Positions 44,265-59,651 of a stretch of DNA of 64,000 nt are shown piece after piece. Under the pieces are notes generated by a model. The model did no database searches, was not told the origin of the DNA, and saw only the letters and a program-made list of their open reading frames with translations. Position 1 is the first letter of the stretch; every line of letters begins with the position of its first letter. Source of the stretch: Eledone cirrhosa (taxonomy: Eukaryota); assembly GCA_964016885.1 (NCBI GenBank), contig OZ024748.1, positions 11,718,001 through 11,782,000 on the forward strand. The letters run 5' to 3'. The translations under genes and the position numbers were made by a program.

Positions 44265-45100
44265 CATAGATCGAAGACATCGATAGGAAGGGAGCAATTG
44301 TATATATAGATTTGTCATTGAAGTAATTTAAAAGCCATATTGAATTTCACAGGAAGAATAAAATTTAAGATTTTAACTTGAGTACTCAAATGTCAGGCTG
44401 AAAGGTCATTGCCAAATAGGGAGGGATAGGATAGAGTGAGAGGAGGAGGAGGGGGGGGGGAGAAGAAGAAGAAGAAGAAGAAGAAGAAGAAGAAGAAGAA
44501 GAAGAAGAAGAAGAAGAAGAAGAAGAAGAAGAAGAAGAAGAAGAAGAAGAAGAAGAAGAAGAATGCGACGACGACGACGAAGAAGAAAAAAAAAGAAGAC
44601 ATAATTAATTCGCATTTTTTTCTTGCTTTAGTTTTTGTTGGTTTGTTTTGTTATTGTGGTTTTCAAATCCTGTACCTGTAATTATTTTTTATCTCTGTTT
44701 CACACATCTAGCAATAAATATATTTTCTATAGAAACGATGTTCCTTATAATACACAGCTTCTAATCTTACTTCCATCGCAATAGCTTCAACCAAAACATT
44801 ACTTTTTTTTCATGTTAATTTAATAATAGTATTGTTTTACTTATTACATATAGCTTTTTTCGAAATAAGTAGTAGTAGAATTGGTATTATTTCTACACAT
44901 ACATTTTATTGATTCGAAATCATCTTCTATAAGATAAAGACATTTATCTTTTTTTTTTTTTTCTTAAGAATAGAATATTCAAGTTGTGTATTGTTTTCAT
45001 CTTGATAATTCGTACAAATTGTATGACCCGTTGCATGAAAATTACGAGATACCATTCTATCTAATATATTAAATTCTACAGTAGTGTAATGTTGTTTAAA

Positions 45101-45184
<84 letters not shown>

Positions 45185-45239
45185 GTGAGGTTTTTTTTAC
45201 AAAATGAAAAATAACCGAGGTGTCCTACACGAGTGAAAG

Positions 45240-45536
45240 TATAAAGAAAAAGGGATGAAATCGAAAATGCAACTGAAGTCTTATTTTTTTTTTTTTTTTT
45301 AAATATATATATTTATTTGGTTCCTTTACCGGTTTCGCAGTTCTTCTGCTTTTCAAAAGGTGAGTTGAGATGGAGGGTCTGTGGTTATGTGAGAAAAACC
45401 ACAGACCCTCCATCTCAACTCACCTTTTGAAAAGCAGAAGAACTGCGAAACCGGTAAAGGAACCAAATAAATATATATATTTAAAAAAAAAAAAAAAAAT
45501 AAGACTTCAGTTGCATTTTCGATTTCATCCCTTTTT

Positions 45537-45543
<7 letters not shown>
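45240..45543. mobile_element. Fold-back element (~147 bp essentially perfect arms) with U3-A8 hammerheads on both strands
   Basis: CCUU-UUGAAAA-GCAG-AAGAA-CUGC-GAAA-CCGG-UA-AAGG at 45423-45460 and its mirror at ~45322-45360. Confidence 0.75.
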
Positions 45544-45586
<43 letters not shown>

Positions 45587-45589
<3 letters not shown>

Positions 45590-45825
45590 GCGGGTAAAAT
45601 TCCCGAGATCCATGGACGAGTTCTCTCCAGCGGTCTCTGTCCCTCATTATCGCTGCCATGTCCTGCGTCTCCAATAGACCAGTGTGTGTCCTTAGGGCTT
45701 CAACATTCGTTAATCTTGGTCTTCCTCTTCCAGTGTGTCCATGTAGGTGCTCCCACGGGAGCACTGAGTGCAGTGTCAACTCTGGATGTCGAGGAGCATG
45801 TCCAGCTAACCTCAGTCTCCTCTGT
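45587..45825 (-). pseudogene. 3' end of an RTE-type LINE ORF inside (TA)n
   Basis: [11 protein letters not shown]...W...[10 protein letters not shown]...[11 protein letters not shown]; same family as 9960-10133. Confidence 0.75.
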
Positions 45826-45856
45826 ATATACATACACATATATTTGTATATATGTA

Positions 45857-45905
<49 letters not shown>

Positions 45906-46035
45906 ATGTGTGTGTGTGTGTAAATATATATATATGGTTTGTATACATGTATATATGTATATATGTGTGTCTGTGTATATATATGTAAAAGATAAACAGA
46001 AGTAAAGCAAACGACACAGTACATACATACATATA

Positions 46036-46118
<83 letters not shown>

Positions 46119-46204
46119 TATATTTATATATATTATATACATATACATATATATAATATATATATACATATATATATATATAATATATATATATACATAC
46201 ATTC

Positions 46205-46270
<66 letters not shown>

Positions 46271-46679
46271 GCTTTTATTTTATGACTACACACTTCCAGG
46301 AGTCAGGACAGATATTTTCAACTAAACACATACAGCAATATATTAATATATTACTTTACGCGAACCGTTACTTTGTTTTGCCATACATTACAATGTTTCC
46401 CAAGAGATTCCATTTTGACTTCTATAAGTCTTGTCAGATTGCACCATTCGCAGTCGGTACTTACGTTCCCAATCATAAAATATTTCAAATATACAACAGA
46501 ATTTCTCCTTTTTTTTTTTATCGATCTCAACATTCCAGTCAGTGTAACATTTATTTTATTTTATTTTTTATTATTGAATTTATTTCAATTTTGTTCAAGT
46601 TTTGCTTCTATTTTGTTTTGTTATGCCTTGCTTTTCGTTTTTCTGATCGAAATAATAAAAATGTAACCTCAATTCAGAC

Positions 46680-46737
<58 letters not shown>

Positions 46738-46755
46738 GTATATATATATATATGT

Positions 46756-46851
<96 letters not shown>

Positions 46852-46914
46852 GTGTTTATATATATGTATATATATATACATATATATGTTTGTTTTTTAT
46901 ATATATATAATGTT

Positions 46915-46994
<80 letters not shown>

Positions 46995-47505
46995 TATATA
47001 TATACACACATATATATATATATACAATATTTATTGGTGCTATTAAAATTTTTTTCAATTTATTTGTATGTAACATATCTGAGAATAATTTGGTTGGACA
47101 TAATAAGTATGATTTCAAATAACAAAGAAAGAAATAGAATGTTATTTTAATGTTTCTTGGTACATCAATTGTATAAATCTTGGCAGATTTCCTATTTGTA
47201 TTTAGAAATATTTTCATAAGATTTACGTACAAAGAAAAGAAAACAAGTTACTTATTTCTTGAAAACCTTATCACCCTTTGGTCTTTTTATGTGTATTTCG
47301 CAAGAGGTGGTAGATTGGCAGAGTCGTTAGAGCGTCGGCCAAATGCTTTCTGGCATTTGCTCGAGCTCTTTACGTTCTGAGTTCAAATCCCGCCGAGGTT
47401 AGCGTTGCCTTTAATCTTTACGGAGTAGATAAAATAAAGTACCAGTAACGCACTGGGGTTGATTTAACAGACTTTCTCCTTCCCCTAAAAGTGTTGGTCT
47501 TCTGC

Positions 47506-47697
47506 TTAACTCTTTAGTATTTAAACCGGCCGTATCCAGCCAGAATTCTCTCACCTCTTTCTGTTCAAACTAGCCTCTCATATAGTTCTCAAAGTAAATA
47601 ATATGAAAACCTCATAGATTCGATATTATGTGAGATAAAGCCTTTACTGTGAAAATACAATAGTAAATATAGACTAATGTAAATGCTAAAGGGTTAA
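47506..47697. mobile_element. piggyBac-type MITE nested in a SINE tail
   Basis: TTAA-CTCTTTAGTATTTA ... TAAATGCTAAAGGG-TTAA; the SINE tail (ATCAGAAAC) resumes after the second TTAA. Confidence 0.7.
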
Positions 47698-47981
47698 ATC
47701 AGAAACTATTATTTGTGTAGATAAGCAGTACCAATAGGGCGTCGGATACCATGCTCCGTGGCATATAGTTACGTTCCTTTAAGTTCAGAGTTCAAATCTC
47801 GCAAAACTTAGCTTTGCCTTTCATACTTACGGGGTAGATAAAATAAAGTACCAGTAATACACTGGGGCCGATGTTATTGGGTGCGTAACTTGTAGTTGCA
47901 TGATCAAACTCGAGCTGGTCGATATGAAAACAAATTGTAATATGAAATAAAGTTTACAAAAAGCTATAATTCTTATTGTCA

Positions 47982-48058
<77 letters not shown>

Positions 48059-48151
48059 GTATTTCTGTAATTTACTGACATATTATTTATTTGATTGTTT
48101 GTTGTTTAATCATTTATTTATTTATCTATTTATTTTATTTATTTATTGCAG

Positions 48152-48261
48152 TTCGCAGTAACAATGACCTGCTACGGAAAAGCTACGAGAAAGACCATTT
48201 TGATGACAACGACTACAACTTAATGAATACAACTACATTTGCAAATACAACGGTACCATAG
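48152..48261 (+). CDS. Candidate coding exon (RSNNDLLRKSYEKDHFDDNDYNLMNTTTFANTTVP*)
   Basis: T-rich acceptor TTATTTATTGCAG, open frame to TAG, unique sequence; no family recognised. Confidence 0.3.
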
Positions 48262-48424
48262 ACTTCGCTATGGCATGGCCATATGACCAAAACCTTCCAT
48301 TCGTTCCATTCCTAGTCTACAACCATTTAGACTTTTATTTGATTTGGGTTTGATCGCCATTCTACGCCATTATTCGAAAATCATACTCCCCCATTAAAAT
48401 CAACTAATATTAACATTATTATCA

Positions 48425-48776
48425 AAGTTAACCTCGGCAAGATTTGAACGCCGGCTCTTTATGGCCTGAATTCAAATCCCCCCGAGGTTAACTTTGTCTT
48501 TCATCCTTACGGGGGTCGATAAAATAAAGTACCAGTAATGCACTGGGATAATTGCTGGCCTTGTGCCAAAAGTAGAAACAATTATTATTGTTATTATTAT
48601 GGCAGTATCGGTAGAGGGTCGGACGCCATGCTTTGATGCATAGAGTTACGGCCCTTGCCATTCTGAGTTCAAATCCCGCCGAGGTTAACTTTGCCTTTCA
48701 TCCTTACGGGGGTCGATAAAATAAAGTACCAGTAATGCACTGGGTAGTTGCTGGCCTTGTGCCAAAAGTAGAAACA

Positions 48777-48820
<44 letters not shown>

Positions 48821-49225
48821 ATAAGGGTGGTGGTTGGCAGTATCAGTAGAGCGTCGGACAATATGCTTCGCAGCATAGAGTTACGTTCCTTTATGTTCCG
48901 AGTTCAAATCCCGCCAAGAGGTCGATAAAATAAAGAACTGGGGTCGATTTAATAGACTTTCCCTTCCCCAAAAATTGTTGGCCTTGTGCCTAAATCAGAA
49001 ACCATTATCATTATTATTTATTGGCAGCATCGGTAGAGCGTCGGACAACATGCTTTGCAGCATAGAGTTACGTCCCTTTACGATCTGAATTGAAATCCCG
49101 CTGGTACTTTATTTCATCGACCCCGTAAGGATGAAAGGCAAGTTGACCTCGGCGGGATTTGAACTCAGAACGTAAAGGGACGTAACTCTATGCTACTAAG
49201 CAGGATGACCGACGCTCTACCGATT
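48425..49225. mobile_element. Stack of five family 1 SINEs (four +, the last - at ~49101-49225)
   Basis: Successive heads, cores and tails joined by (TTA)n. Confidence 0.8.
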
Positions 49226-49458
49226 CTCATAAATAATAATGTAATGTTTTGTTGATCTGTGTAGCAGGTTTTAAGGAGCTGATTATATTATTGGCTTTTA
49301 TGACATGATTTGGTTCAGATTCTTTGAATGGCGATCTTAACATTTACAATTTTTACTTTCAAATCTGATGGGTTATCTCCTCTTGGTAACCAATAATATT
49401 GTTGATGATTCATTCATTGATATATATGAATACACATATATAAATTTATATATATATA

Positions 49459-49518
<60 letters not shown>

Positions 49519-49530
49519 TACTGTATATAT

Positions 49531-49582
<52 letters not shown>

Positions 49583-49659
49583 GCACACATACATATATAT
49601 ATATATATGCTCATATATAAGTTTATATATGTGTGTACACACATACACATATATTCATT

Positions 49660-49787
<128 letters not shown>

Positions 49788-50304
49788 TGAACATGACGCC
49801 TCAATGTTCCACGACTCCCTGCATAAAAATAACTCCTTACAATAAGTCTTCTGTTAATTCCAAAAGATTTTCTCATTTTCTCATTTCTGATGCAATATGA
49901 AAAAAAAAAATAACAGAAAAATTGTTTGTTTTTTTTAGTTGATGTGACAAACATAATTATGGTTCTTCTTCCGGTCTCCAATCGATTGGACTTCAATTTT
50001 TTGTTCAACTTCCGGTTACTAGTTTATTTCACATCACTAATCATAATGTTATGGCATCGGATAAACGTTACAGTGATTTCTATACCTACACAGATACATG
50101 CACATAGACACATAGACACATATACACACACACAGACAGACACACATATACACGCATAGACTTAGACACACAGACAGACACATGGACATACACTCATGAA
50201 TACACACGTATTTATGCTGAGAAACAAGCATATGCTTTTTATATATGTACGCTTGTAAATGTATATATATATATGTGTGTGTGTGTGTATAATCATATAC
50301 ATAC

Positions 50305-50390
<86 letters not shown>

Positions 50391-50394
<4 letters not shown>

Positions 50395-50585
50395 GTTATT
50401 CCGGTTTGAATCGGAGGTAACCACAGTAAGTAAGGTACTCAATACATTGCAGAGTATAAAAGTTTTAATATAGATGAGATTCTACAGGACTAGAACTGTT
50501 TCATTCTTTAGAAATCATCAGGAGATTCCTGATGATTTCTAAAGAATGAAACAGTTCTAGTCCTGTAGAATCTCATCTATATTAA

Positions 50586-50589
<4 letters not shown>
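50391..50589. mobile_element. Family A fold-back element, copy 3
   Basis: Centre CATCAGGAGATTCCTGATG; CUGAUGA...GAAA...GUC on both strands. Confidence 0.75.
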
Positions 50590-50627
<38 letters not shown>

Positions 50628-51181
50628 CATACCTATTTTAATATGTATTGATATATATCCATTACGCATATATACATATATATATATATGTATGCATGTG
50701 TAAATATATATATATATAGAGAGAGATATATATATATATAGAGAGATAGACATATGCGTACACATCATGCACACATATACCTTCATACATATATGCATAC
50801 CTACATACATACATACATACATACATACATACATACATACATACATACATACATACATACATACATACATACATACCTTCATACATACATACATACAAGA
50901 TTCCTGCTAATGCAATCAGTAAACACAACAGGTAGAATGTAAAATTTTTTATTAAAATTCAGTTGGCGTCTCAAGCAAGATGGCGTCGTTGTGTATATAT
51001 TTCCCACCAGGCCTTGTTTCTATATCGGAAACTTTGTCGCTTCTTCTTAAATTTAATTTAATTTTAAACAGCAAAATCAAAGAATATAAATACATTTCTT
51101 TGTGATTTTAGTTAAAATGTATTTATTTTATTTTATTTCCTTTAAAAATTTTTCAAGAACTGAAATTCCTGCCCAGTTCCT

Positions 51182-51218
<37 letters not shown>

Positions 51219-51235
51219 TAAAGATATATATATGT

Positions 51236-51313
<78 letters not shown>

Positions 51314-51515
51314 TGTATATATATATATGTAAACGGAAAAAATGAAACGAAATTTCATTTCCCACTCTTAGTACGGCTGTTAGTACTCTTAGTACATACT
51401 TATATATATATATAAGTACTCTCTACAAATACGTTAAGAGAAAACCAAAAGAGTGTGCTGCATATCAAAACAAATGTCAATTCATGTTCACTATACACAA
51501 ACATATCTAGATACA

Positions 51516-51577
<62 letters not shown>

Positions 51578-51601
51578 GTAACTTTTTCTACTTTTAATAC
51601 C

Positions 51602-51633
<32 letters not shown>

Positions 51634-51912
51634 GATATTTCCTACCAACAGTGATTCAAGCACTGTCCTAGCTTTTGCTGGAAAACATCCTTTTTTTTTA
51701 GTTTTATTCAATTGTTTGTGAAAATATCCTTGTTTGTTCCCTTTTCACTGCAATAATTTTGCAACCGAATATATTTCCATGTAAAATTGTTTCTTATGTC
51801 AGTTAATGTAATGTGGTTATCATTGATTTTCATAACTCGGCTTAGTTTTACAGTTGTTCACAAATATTTCACACCAAAACACAAAACAACTAAATAGAAA
51901 GGATAGACGTAG

Positions 51913-51970
<58 letters not shown>

Positions 51971-52121
51971 CATATTACATATAAACGTACATAAATAGAA
52001 ACATACATAATACTTACATACATGCATATATACATACGTAATACTTACATACATACATAGATACTTACACACATACATACTTACATATATATATACATAC
52101 ATACACACACACCCATATATA

Positions 52122-52165
<44 letters not shown>

Positions 52166-52206
52166 CGTACAAATACACATACATACATGCCCGTATGAAT
52201 CCATAC

Positions 52207-52249
<43 letters not shown>

Positions 52250-52337
52250 CATGCGTACAAACATTCATACATACATACATACATACATGTAAAAGCACAA
52301 CAGCACCTGCACTAAAAAAATACAAATATTAAATATA

Positions 52338-52375
<38 letters not shown>

Positions 52376-53071
52376 GTATACATATATATATAATAGGTAT
52401 ATATTTGAATAGATATATACATACGCACATATACATGCTTATATATACACATACACACACACATACATACATACATACATACATACATACATACATACAT
52501 ACATACATACATACATACATACATACATGCATGCATACATACAATCATACATACATGCATGCATACATACATACATACATACATACATACATACATACAT
52601 ACATACATACATACACACATACACACATACATACATACATACATACATACATACATACATACATACATACATACATACATACATACATACATACATACAT
52701 ACATACATACATACATACATACAACCTCAACTTCTTTTACGCGATCTTCTTGTTTACTGTATTTCGTGGTTCAGATATCAATTTAAACATATTCACCAAT
52801 AAATTTTGACTAATATGAGAAATACAATAGATAAAAAGAGGGTATCAGTGAAATAATAGAAACATACAGAGAATACAAATGTGGTTGTTCTAATACTGAG
52901 AATAACAAATTTGTAGGAAAACTGAATGTTGAAAGAAAAAGAAAAACACATATGCTGTGGTGGTGTGTTTCGTTTTCTTATTTTATTGTTGTATCTAAAT
53001 AAATATTTAGTGTGTTCTGTGTGTATGTGTATATGTATATGTATGTATATGTATGTATATGTATGTATTTG

Positions 53072-53116
<45 letters not shown>

Positions 53117-53258
53117 ATGTATATACATGTGTGAGCAAACATGTTTACCTATAAATATATATATATACATACATAAATATATATATACACATATATATCT
53201 ATATACATATATATATATACATACATATATATATATATACATACATATACATACATAT

Positions 53259-53380
<122 letters not shown>

Positions 53381-53709
53381 TATGGGAAAATGCGAAGGAA
53401 GTTTGGAGTAGATGTTAAAGAGTCCCTGTCCCTTCCCTTGTCTTTAGATTGGATTGCCTCGGAAACATAACCCTATTATATAAACATAACCTTATTAAGA
53501 TGTTGTCTGATGATATCGTGTAACTGGTTACGTGTTTGAACAATCGCGTGGCCACGATTGCCATTATAATATGTATCACAGTTTTGTTAATAAAGGACTC
53601 TTTAACATCTGCACTGAACCTCGCATTTTCCCTATCCTACATATACTCTGTCACTGACTGACAAATCCTGTTTGGAAGAAAAAACATGACGTTGAGTGCT
53701 TGAACGATT

Positions 53710-54078
53710 TGGAGGGTCGGACGCCATGCTTTGATGCATAGAGTTACGGCCCTTGCTATTCTGAGTTCAAATCCCGCCGAGGTTAACTTTGCCTTTCATC
53801 CTTACGGGGTCGATAAAATAAAGTACCAGTAATGTACTGGGTAATTTCTGGCCTTGTGCCAATAGTAGAAACAATTATTTATTGAAGGGCGGTGGGTTGG
53901 CGGTATCGGTAGAGGGTCGGACGCCATGCTTTGAAGCATAGAGTTACCTCCCTTTATGATCTGAGTTCAAATCCCGCCGAGGTTAACTTTGCCTTTCATC
54001 CTTCCAGGGTCGATAAAATAAAGTACCAGTAATACACTGGGATAATTGCTGGCCTTGTGCCAAAAGTAGAAACAATTA
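53710..54078 (+). mobile_element. Two tandem family 1 SINEs
   Basis: Canonical core and tail; each followed by ATTATTTATTGA. Confidence 0.8.
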
Positions 54079-54180
54079 TTTATTGATTGGTGCGTTGCAC
54101 ACGCAACCCAGTTTAGTCAACATGTTTACGGAAAAAATATATATATATATCGTTTCTGAATTTGTTTAGCAAGTATAACA

Positions 54181-54267
<87 letters not shown>

Positions 54268-54274
54268 TATATAT

Positions 54275-54405
<131 letters not shown>

Positions 54406-54488
54406 AACAAAACGATCAGAATAATCTCACAACGAAAAATTGTAGTCATAGTTATGGCGACTCTGATGTATGATAAGGGGGGGATCAG

Positions 54489-54526
<38 letters not shown>

Positions 54527-55299
54527 TTGATTATGATGATGACGATGGGGAGGAGCAAATGGAGGAGTAAAAAGAGGAGGAAGTTTAATATTTTTTTTTT
54601 TTATAATTCCTGGATGATAAACTTAACACATTTAGAAACACCAAAATACGAGACAGGAAAGGGCCCTTGTACCCCATGCAATTTTCTGACCACAATTTTC
54701 GTCAATTTTTGTTTACATTTGTAAAAGTTCCCATTTCACAAATAAGTCTTTCTGTTTTCGCAGCTCTGTGTTTGTCTCATCTCTTCTTGAACATTTAAGC
54801 TTTATTTACAATTATATAAATAGCATTACAAATGGGGAAGGGGTAAAGAAGGGCAGACCTGTCTGTATGGAAAAGTAGAGGTAAGTAGAGGTATAAAAGC
54901 CATAGATGAGATGAAAAGAAGGGGAAAAGCAAGGACTCTAGGGCCACAGAAGAAGAGGAGGGGGGAAGGGAGTGGGTGATGGGCTCTGGGCCTAGGGCGC
55001 GGTAGTGTTTAGGCTGTGTCCCGCAGACAAAACTGCAAAGGCATTACTGCGACAATGGCCAGCGACACCCGCTACAACAGCCAACCCACCTCACGGGACT
55101 CCTTTCTCAGAAAATGTCTGTGGAATGTCTGTGGAATGCTCAGTCACTTGCACGTACATTTTACAAGCAGGCTGTTCCGTTGAACTTATCAACTAGAACA
55201 CTCGTCGTCGTAACCGACGGAGTGCCAGTATATATATATATGGGATGGCGTGTGGGAGGTATAGTTAAATTACAAGAAGATATCAACACGTTATTATGA

Positions 55300-55515
55300 A
55301 GGTGATGGATTGGCAGAATCAGTAGAGCGTCGGACCCCATGCTTTGCATCATGGTGTTACGTACCTTTATGTTCTGAGTTGAAATCCCACCGAGGTTAAC
55401 TTTGCCTTTCATCCTTACGGGGTCGATAAAATAAAGTACCAGTAACGCACTGGGGTCAATTTAATCGACTTTTCCCTCCCCTTCAAATTGCTGGCCTTGT
55501 GCCTAAAGTAGAAAT
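55300..55515 (+). mobile_element. Family 1 SINE (long-tail variant)
   Basis: Head, core and GGGGTCAATTTAATCGACTTTTCCCTCCCC segment before the tail. Confidence 0.8.
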
Positions 55516-55710
55516 CGATATTATGATTGCATCCACAAACGGAACACCTGATGTGAAGAATTGAAATTATGGCCACCTCCAGTCCACCACCCCACACTTT
55601 TATTTATTCGTGTCACGCACCTGTTTGTTTTCTCCATTAATAAATCCTCTTGAGTCTTCCTTGGTATTTACTAAAACCTTCGTAGTACCAACCTGAACTA
55701 ACTGGACCTT

Positions 55711-55895
55711 GGTCACTGTCCCTGTTGACACCGTCTCCCAATAGTTGGTGACTGTCCCTGTTGACACCGTTTTCCAATAGTTGGTGACTGTCCGTGTTGA
55801 CACCGTCTCCCAATAGTTGGTGACTGTCCCTGTTGACACCGTCTCCCAATAGTTGGTGACTGTCCGTGTTGACACCGTCTTCCAATAGTAACATT
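55711..55895. repeat. 36-bp minisatellite, about 5 units
   Basis: GACTGTCCCTGTTGACACCGTCTCCCAATAGTTGGT repeated. Confidence 0.85.
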
Positions 55896-55985
55896 GTCCG
55901 ACAAGGATTTCCATTAAGATACAAAAATCATGTTCGGATAATAACTATAACAACTGTATTTAACCCTCTACCTCCTCCTCCCCCT

Positions 55986-56036
<51 letters not shown>

Positions 56037-56044
56037 AGAGGTTG

Positions 56045-56123
<79 letters not shown>

Positions 56124-56127
<4 letters not shown>

Positions 56128-56296
56128 AAAAAGAATGACCCCGACGCAGAGCTCAAGCCGTTTCGACGGTTATTTGTGAAACGGCTTGAGCTCTGCCGTC
56201 GGGGTCATACTTTTTCCTATTTCCCACTCTACTACTCTAAGTATTGAGTACTCTGGTGCGTTATGGTCCATCTGGTTCCTTACCACAATTCCTTTG

Positions 56297-56299
<3 letters not shown>
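56124..56299. mobile_element. Family B fold-back element, copy 4
   Basis: GAAAC-GGC-UUGAGCUCU-GCC-GUC-GGGGUC within inverted arms in (TA)n. Confidence 0.7.
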
Positions 56300-56375
<76 letters not shown>

Positions 56376-56674
56376 ATCCGCATCAGCTTCATCATCATCT
56401 TCATCAGCATCTTCACTGGGTACCCTTAATTAACTAAACTAATTACCACCTCAGAAATTGAAAACATTCAAAATCTTTTACATTAGTAATATACCATTAA
56501 GAGATGCATGAATGCCTCCAATCCCACCCTCCCGTTCCATTCTTCTGAAAGGAAAAAAATTAGTACCAGGTTTCATTCCAGCGTAAACAAGATTACCTGT
56601 CCGAGTGTTCTGTATGAAATATTTCGGACATAGTAATATATGTCTTCCATCAATGTCGTTTTGTTCATAAATAT

Positions 56675-57300
56675 AATGTTAGTAAGACATGTCTTATATC
56701 AACGACGATGTGTTGTTGGTAAGACATGTCTTATATCGACGAAGATGTGTTGCTGGTAGGATGTGTCTCATATCAGCGACAGTGTGTTGTTAGTAAGATA
56801 TGTCTTATATCAACGACGATGTGTTGTTGGTAAGACATGTCTTATATCGACGACGATGTGTTGTTGGTAGGATGTGTCTCATATCAACGACAGTGTGTTG
56901 TTAGTAAGATATGTCTTATATCAACGACGATGTGTTGTTGGTAAGACATGTCTTATATCGACGACGATGTGTTGTTGGTAGGATGTGTCTCATATCAGTG
57001 ACGTTGTGTTGTTAGTAAGATATATCTTACATCAATGACGTTTTGTTCTTAAATATGTTGTTAGTGAGATGTATCTTATATCAGCGACATTGTGTTGTTA
57101 GTAAGATGTGTCTTATATCAGCGACATTGTGTTATTAGTAAGATGTGTCTTATATCAGCGACATTTTGGTGTTAGTAAAAAATATGTCATATAAACGACG
57201 TAGTGTTGTTGAATTTGTTGTTAGTAAGATATATCTTATATCAGCGACATTGTGTTGTTAGTAAGACTTGTCTTATATCAATGACGTTGCGTTATTAAAT
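56675..57300. repeat. 37-bp minisatellite
   Basis: GTGTTGTTGGTAAGACATGTCTTATATCGACGACGAT-like units. Confidence 0.85.
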
Positions 57301-57590
57301 ATGTTGATTGTATGATGTATCTTCCATTAAAGACAACTGTCTTGTTAAATGTATTGAATGGTTATGAAACCTATTAAGATTAAGAAGTAAAAATATATCA
57401 AAACAAAATCTGGCAAGAAAACTCTGTTTGTTGTTTTGCTGTTGTTGTTGTTGTTGTTGTTTCCTCTGTTGGACTGAAATGTAATTTTAAAAACAAAAAA
57501 AAATTAATATGAGAGCCTAAAGGGAAATTACTGGATGTCATTGCCAGAAATGGGATATAGCTCAAGTAAAAGTAAAGAAAAACAGTTTCG

Positions 57591-57648
<58 letters not shown>

Positions 57649-57856
57649 CAACAATGATAATGGTGATAATGATGATGGTGATGATAATAATTATACAAAA
57701 ATGTTTAATAAAATAAATTTGTATTTTATATTAATTCCTGTTTATTTTTAGTTTTTTTTATAAAAATAATAAATCTCTACCTCCCTCTTCTTTCTCTTTC
57801 TCTTTCTCTCTCTCTTCTTTTTATTTATTTATTTCCATTTCCCTGTAACTCTCTCC

Positions 57857-57910
<54 letters not shown>

Positions 57911-58808
57911 GTACGTGTATGTGTGTATGTATATATATAAATATATATATATACATATATATATATATACATATACATATATACATATATATATCTATGT
58001 ATATATATATACACATATATATATACATTCATATATACATACATATAGATATACATACACACATACATATATATATATATATATACATATATATATACAT
58101 ATATATATATATATACATACATTTATATACATACATATATACACATACATATACATACATATATATATACATATATATATATATATTATATATATATATA
58201 CATATATATACATACATATATATATATACATACATATATATATATATACATACATACATATAAATGTACATTTATATATATACATATATATATACATATA
58301 CGTATACATAGATATACATTTATACACACACTATCTCTTTATGCCTATTTCTTCTCCTTCACTCTATCTCTATCTCTATAACCATACATTTTTCTACTTC
58401 TATATTCCAGTCCGAAAACCCTACATTCCTCACTTGTTCCCCTCACTTACACATCCGCTCTACATACTTACTAGTTTTTCTCTCCTTAACTCTTCGTAGA
58501 CCCATTTTCTTTTTTGCTGCAACGATTATCTAAAAATCCCCTTGTCTTTAGATTGATTTTGGTGTAGAATTTTCATCCTTCCATAACAAACTGTAAATAT
58601 ATGTATATTTTACAATACAAATATATTGGCGTTCATAACTGGATTGGTAAAATAAAAGTCTAAAAAAAATAAAAACCTTCCATTATTATCTGACTAAAAT
58701 TTATATATTTTGTCATTTACTTGGCTTGGCTTTCTGTGGTTTTGTATGTGTGTGCCTGAATATATTTTGCTGACGCCTCCCATTTAGGAATATATATATA
58801 TATGTATG

Positions 58809-58893
<85 letters not shown>

Positions 58894-58955
58894 TACATTA
58901 AATACTTCATAAATACATAAATATATATATAAATTATATATATATATATATATAT

Positions 58956-59156
58956 ACGTTATTCCGGGTTGAATCGGAGGTAACCACAGTAAGTAAGGTA
59001 CTCAATACATAGCAGAGTATAAAAGTTTTAATATAGATGAGATTCTACAGGACTAGAACTGTTTCATTCTTTAGAAATCATCAGGAATCTTCTAATGATT
59101 CCTGATGATTTCTAAAGAATGAAACAGTTCTAGTCCAGTAGAATCTCATCTATATT
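58956..59156. mobile_element. Family A fold-back element, copy 4
   Basis: Centre CATCAGGAATC-TTCTAAT-GATTCCTGATG. Confidence 0.75.
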
Positions 59157-59157
59157 G

Positions 59158-59188
<31 letters not shown>

Positions 59189-59603
59189 AATACATAAATA
59201 TATATAAATGTGTATATATATATATTAAATACATAAATATATATGTTCCTGTTTTTACCAAAACAATCTCTTCGGAACACAATATATATATATATAGTCA
59301 TGAACTTGTCTTTGCAAGTATTTCTACCATAAAAAATAACTTTACGGACAAAGTGAAAAGTACTCAGTAGCGAGTGAGAGTAAATTTAATATATATGCTG
59401 GTTCATGTCTCTCTGCTCTGAGGTAATCCTTAAGTAAAGATGATTTGTCGCGAGATCTCGAATACGTTTGAATGATATAGTTGGAATGAGACAAAGAAAT
59501 TTCAGGTTTCTGTTTGTCTTCGCTCGATTTTGAATTCGGTAAACTTCTGATGGTGCTGCGAGTTGTTTATGGCGGATTAATCTGTTTCGAATAATTGAGA
59601 AAG

Positions 59604-59651
59604 TTAAAATTTATTATCATGTCGACAGTTGGACATCAATTCGGATTTCTT
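59604..59651 (-). pseudogene. C-terminal remnant of a Penelope-like element ORF
   Basis: Translates KKSELMSNCRHDNKF*, matching the LN.RSEL.S.CRH.NKF end motif I recall for PLE GIY-YIG-containing ORFs. Confidence 0.55.

Noticed and set aside
55711-57300. CRISPR-like arrays (36-37 bp periodicity)
   Set aside because: Head-to-tail tandem units with no unique spacers, no cas genes and a eukaryotic context.
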